Below, one piece after another: positions 60,215 through 64,000 of a stretch of 64,000 nucleotides of DNA (within the stretch, counting starts at the first letter, position 1; every line of letters begins with the position of its first letter). Made by a program: the position numbers and the translations under genes. A model generated the notes under the pieces. It made no database searches. It was not told the DNA's origin and was given only the letters and a program-made list of their open reading frames with translations. Source of the stretch: Octopus bimaculoides (lineage: Eukaryota); contig NC_068992.1 in the NCBI RefSeq assembly GCF_001194135.2, forward strand, positions 55,845,341 to 55,909,340, read 5' to 3'.

Positions 60215-60330
60215 GTTGACTAAAACATACGAAAGTTATCTCCCTTGATATCCAGGCTGCTTTCGATTGGCAACCACACACACATACACCCATACGCACA
60301 CATACACAGATGTACATACGTATACAGATA
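59300..60330 (-). promoter_or_regulatory. CpG-retaining 5' region (promoter, exon 1, start of intron 1) of VPS33B
   Basis: CpGs reappear here relative to the CpG-poor gene body; ATTGG (CCAAT box) about 50 bp upstream of the ATG. Confidence 0.45.
60140..60214 (-). CDS. VPS33B: VPS33B exon 1 (MASKFPDVSLLSQFIRDRLIYQLEN)
   Basis: ATG in context caacATGG, donor AAC|gtaagt, CpG-retaining surroundings. Confidence 0.88.
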
Positions 60331-60352
60331 TACATATGAATATAAATACAAA

Positions 60353-60410
60353 TACAGGCATACCTCAATTTACGTCGTTTCGAGTTACGACTTCCTTGAC
60401 TTTACGTCGG
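60353..60410 (+). mobile_element. Possible pogo/Tigger-like terminal repeat
   Basis: TA followed by caggcatacctcaatttacgtcg; partner end not found. Confidence 0.35.
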
Positions 60411-61264
60411 TCTTGGTGAACGTTTAAATACATAAAAATTAAAAATAAAAAAACACAAAAATCCAATACTGAAATAGAAAATCAAATAAAATACATGTGA
60501 ATATATGTGCAAACCATTTTTAAAAAAAAAAACAGCAGATATCAGCTAATAAATTTTTTAAACGATTTTTTTTTCTTGTTACATCGTTTTTTTTTTTAGT
60601 TTAAGCCAACCACTCTGAGAGTGTAGTGGGTGCTTTTTACGTGCCACCGACACTGGAGCCAATCAGGTGGCACTGGCATCAACCACGTTTGGATGATGTT
60701 TTTTACATGTCACCGGAACTGGAGGCACCGGCATCATTCAGATGGTGCTTTTTACATCCCACCGGCATGGGGAGCCAGTCAGGCAGCNNNNNNNNNNNNN
60801 NNNNNNNNNNNNNNNNNNNNNNNNNNNNNNNNNNNNNNNNNNNNNNNNNNNNNNNNNNNNNNNNNNNNNNNNNNNNNNNNNNNNNNNNNNNNNNNNNNNN
60901 NNNNNNNNNNNNNNNNNNNNNNNNNNNNNNNNNNNNNNNNNNNNNNNNNNNNNNNNNNNNNNNNNNNNNNNNNNNNNNNNNNNNNNNNNNNNNNNNNNNN
61001 NNNNNNNNNNNNNNNNNNNNNNNNNNNNNNNNNNNNNNNNNNNNNNNNNNNNNNNNNNNNTATATATATATATATATATATGTATATATGTAAGCCACTT
61101 TTTAAAGTTACAAATTTTCCATAGAGATTAGAGCCAGCATTGAAAGTACAGTATTATATATCCCCTACAGCCAATTTTACCAATCAGTTTCGCATTAGGG
61201 GTTCAACGGAGTGTTATGTAACAGTTCGATTATGTAACCCTGCACTCATCAGAGATCGCCATTA

Positions 61265-61560
61265 TAGTACATGATGGCATATCAAACTACATAATAGCAT
61301 ATCATACTACATTGTAGCATATTCTGCATGATGGCATATCATACAGCATGATAGCATCTTATAATACATGATAATATGTTATACATATTTTGTATAGAAT
61401 ATTATACTACATGAATGCATATACTACATGATAGTATATTATACTACATGAATGCATATACTACATGATAGTATATGATACCACATGATAGCATATTGTA
61501 TACTACATGGTAGTATATTATACCACATGATATCATATTGTATACTACATGGGAGGATAT
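61265..61560. repeat. Degenerate minisatellite with a unit of about 20 bp (atactacatgatagcatatt-like)
   Basis: Direct observation. Confidence 0.7.
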
Positions 61561-62059
61561 CATACATGTATTTTTGATGCAGTAGTTGGAAGATGGGGGT
61601 GGCAATTTGATATTTTCAGGCCCATCTTCTGACTGATGAGATTGATGTGATTGATCTTCATCAACCTGAACATCTCTTAACCAACATCTACAGAATAAAA
61701 GAAGATTATATGTAACTACATATGACCTTTTAGCGGCTTTCTTGAGATTTGAGAGAAAAAAATGAAGTGATCAATATAAAATTTCTTGTCAAATGAAGCA
61801 ATTTTCATTCATCATCTCTAATGTACAGCATTGGTTGGAAAGAACGGGTCAAAGAATATGTACCAAAGAATGGTGAGGAATGTCTTGCAACAAAAAAAGA
61901 ATAAGGTTGAAACAATCAGAAAGATATGAACCAAAATTAGAATGAACACAACTTTGAAACAAAAGAATATTGCAGATGTTTGGGTTAAATTGAGAACAAA
62001 GAGAGAAAAGGAAAAAACATGAGGATGAAGGTTACTGAAGCATTTCACTGCACACATTG

Positions 62060-62347
62060 GCTGCTGGTGCCATTGTTGTTGTTGCTGATAATAGTGGTGG
62101 TGGTAGTGGTGGTGATGGTGGCAGCAGAAAAAGTGATGCTGATGCTGATGATGATGGCAGCGACGACGGCAACGACGACAACCGCAACAACTATGATGAC
62201 GACAACGACGATGACAACAATATGCTTGTGGTGGTGGTGGTGGTGGTGGCAGCTGCGGCAATAGTGGAAGCAACAAAGTTGATGGAGGTTATGCTGTTGT
62301 TGCTGCTGGGAGGGATAGAAACCACAGAAGCAATGGTGGCAGTGATG

Positions 62348-62380
<33 letters not shown>

Positions 62381-62395
62381 ATCATCATCATCATC
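62060..62395. repeat. Compound trinucleotide repeat (GGT/GAT/GAC/GCA)n
   Basis: Direct observation; explains the poly-His/Val/Met ORFs. Confidence 0.9.
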
Positions 62396-62611
62396 CATTT
62401 GTTTCAATGAACCTTCCCTCTATCTGGATGCTACATACTTGAGAATTGTTACTCAGCACCTGTGCTATATATAAAATTTTTGTGATACATATTAATGTAC
62501 ACTTGTATACATTCTTTTTGTGGTATATATTTATATATATATATATAGGTGCAGGCGTGGTTGTGTGTTAAGAAGCTTGCTTCCCAACCACATGGTTCCG
62601 GGTTCAGTCCC

Positions 62612-63640
62612 ATCATATGTGGTCTGTTGTGACATGGTTTCTATGGCTGGATGCCCTTCCTAATGCCAACCACTTAACAGAGGGTACTGGGAGCTTTCTA
62701 CGTGTCACCATCATGGATGCATTTATGCAGCACCAGCATGAGTGTGTTAACGCAGCACCATCACAAGTGCTTCTTAAGTGGCATCGGTACCTGAAAGGAC
62801 AAGTCTGTATGTGTGGAAGACATCAATTTTACTTAGCTTGACATGTCTTATCAAGCACAGCAAATCGCCACATCCTTCAGCCCCTTGTCATTTCCACAGT
62901 GAGGCCCAGTGTCTGAAGATCCTTTCTCACCACTTCATCCCACATCTTCCTGGGTTTACCCCTTCCACAAGTATCCTCTACAATTAGAGCTCAGCACTTC
63001 CTTATGCAGCTGTTCTCGTTCATACACATCACATGACCAAACCAATGCAGTCTTCTCTCTTGCACACAACATCTGATGCCTCTTATACCCAGTTTTCCTC
63101 TTAAATCATTTATGCTCTGTCATGCATGCACACTGACATTACCTATCCAGCAGAGCATGCTAGCTTCATTTCTTTCAAGCCTTCACAAGTCCACTGTACT
63201 TTAGTCAAAGCCCATGTTTCACTGCTATGTAACATAGCTGTACATACAAAGGCATCATACAATCTGTCTTTCACTCTGAAGGAGACGCCCTTAGTTACCA
63301 ACAAAGTCAGAAGCTCTGTGGACTTTGCCCAATCAGTTCTTATCCTAGCAACTACACGTTCAGAACTCCCTCCCCCACTGTTAACTTGCTTCTTTAGGTA
63401 ACAGAAGCTAATGATCCACCAAAGCATTTGAGGGAACCTGCTGTCTGTATAGTTTTAGTGCTTATTGTACCTGCACATTTGCCACACACAAAGACTATAT
63501 TCTCCGTTAACCTTCCTTTGATAACACTGCATGATGAAATTTCTTGAGGCAGTATTCTTCAGTTGGATAACCTTCCTAATAACATCCCAGCCAGTACTTA
63601 TTTTTTTAAAGTAAGGTACTCTTTAGTCTAAATGCTTTTG
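62612..63640 (-). mobile_element. 5'-truncated RTE-clade LINE, inserted just after a SINE B head (62545-62611)
   Basis: SSGGGSSERVVARIRTDWAKSTELLTLLVTKGVSFRVKDRLYDAFVCTAMLHSSETWALT is a typical RTE RT C-terminus; followed by the same 3' tail as the dispersed (GAT)n repeats. Confidence 0.85.
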
Positions 63641-63962
63641 CATGTTGAAACCACCAATCAGAGGGACTAATTGTTTATGACGAAAATAAACACACATCAC
63701 CGCTATTCTCAAGTGGTGTCAAGGTGTAGATATGTAGAGAGAAGCACATGCGCACGTGCACACACGCACACATACATATATACATACATACATATATACA
63801 TACATACATATATACAAACATACATATGAATGTACATCAGCTTTGTGTGGAGGAATGAGAGAAGTGACAGGACGATTTGTTGACAGGAAAAACTGACAAC
63901 ACCACTACTTGCCTGCACAGGCTAAGTGCTCCACACATATATATATATACATATATATATAC

Positions 63963-63999
<37 letters not shown>

Positions 64000-64000
64000 T

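Noticed and set aside
61195-61260. CUGAUGA...GAAC on the minus strand
   Set aside because: Spacing and pairing do not fit a hammerhead core
61818-62410. Poly-His, poly-Gln, poly-Val and poly-Asp ORFs
   Set aside because: Products of compound trinucleotide repeats, open in several frames on both strands
1-64000. CRISPR arrays, operons or prokaryotic defence systems
   Set aside because: Spliceosomal-intron eukaryotic DNA; the tandem repeats have no unique spacers

Overview
AT-rich, gapped animal genomic DNA, most likely an octopod cephalopod (inferred from the SINE, RTE and microsatellite content; not checked by search). Two protein-coding genes are supported and converge tail-to-tail. (1) A single-exon 943-aa WDR27 on + (28323-31154), with an RFX X-box about 135 bp upstream of the ATG. 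(2) A 19-exon VPS33B on - (60214 to 36357, about 600 aa), assembled by hand from GT-AG exons in compatible phases; the start of exon 5 is hidden in an N gap. The left 27 kb is mostly decayed mobile DNA: tRNA-derived SINEs, RTE, Helitron, hAT, Tc1/mariner, Penelope-like and a CRE-like fragment. The most unusual signals are two small repeat families carrying minimal type I hammerhead ribozyme folds. One family shows compensatory stem changes between copies, and one of its copies lies in the sense strand of VPS33B intron 13. Also notable are the fully intronless WDR27 next to an intron-rich gene and a CpG-decay boundary that tracks the gene bodies. All coordinates were counted by hand, and repeat boundaries are approximate.
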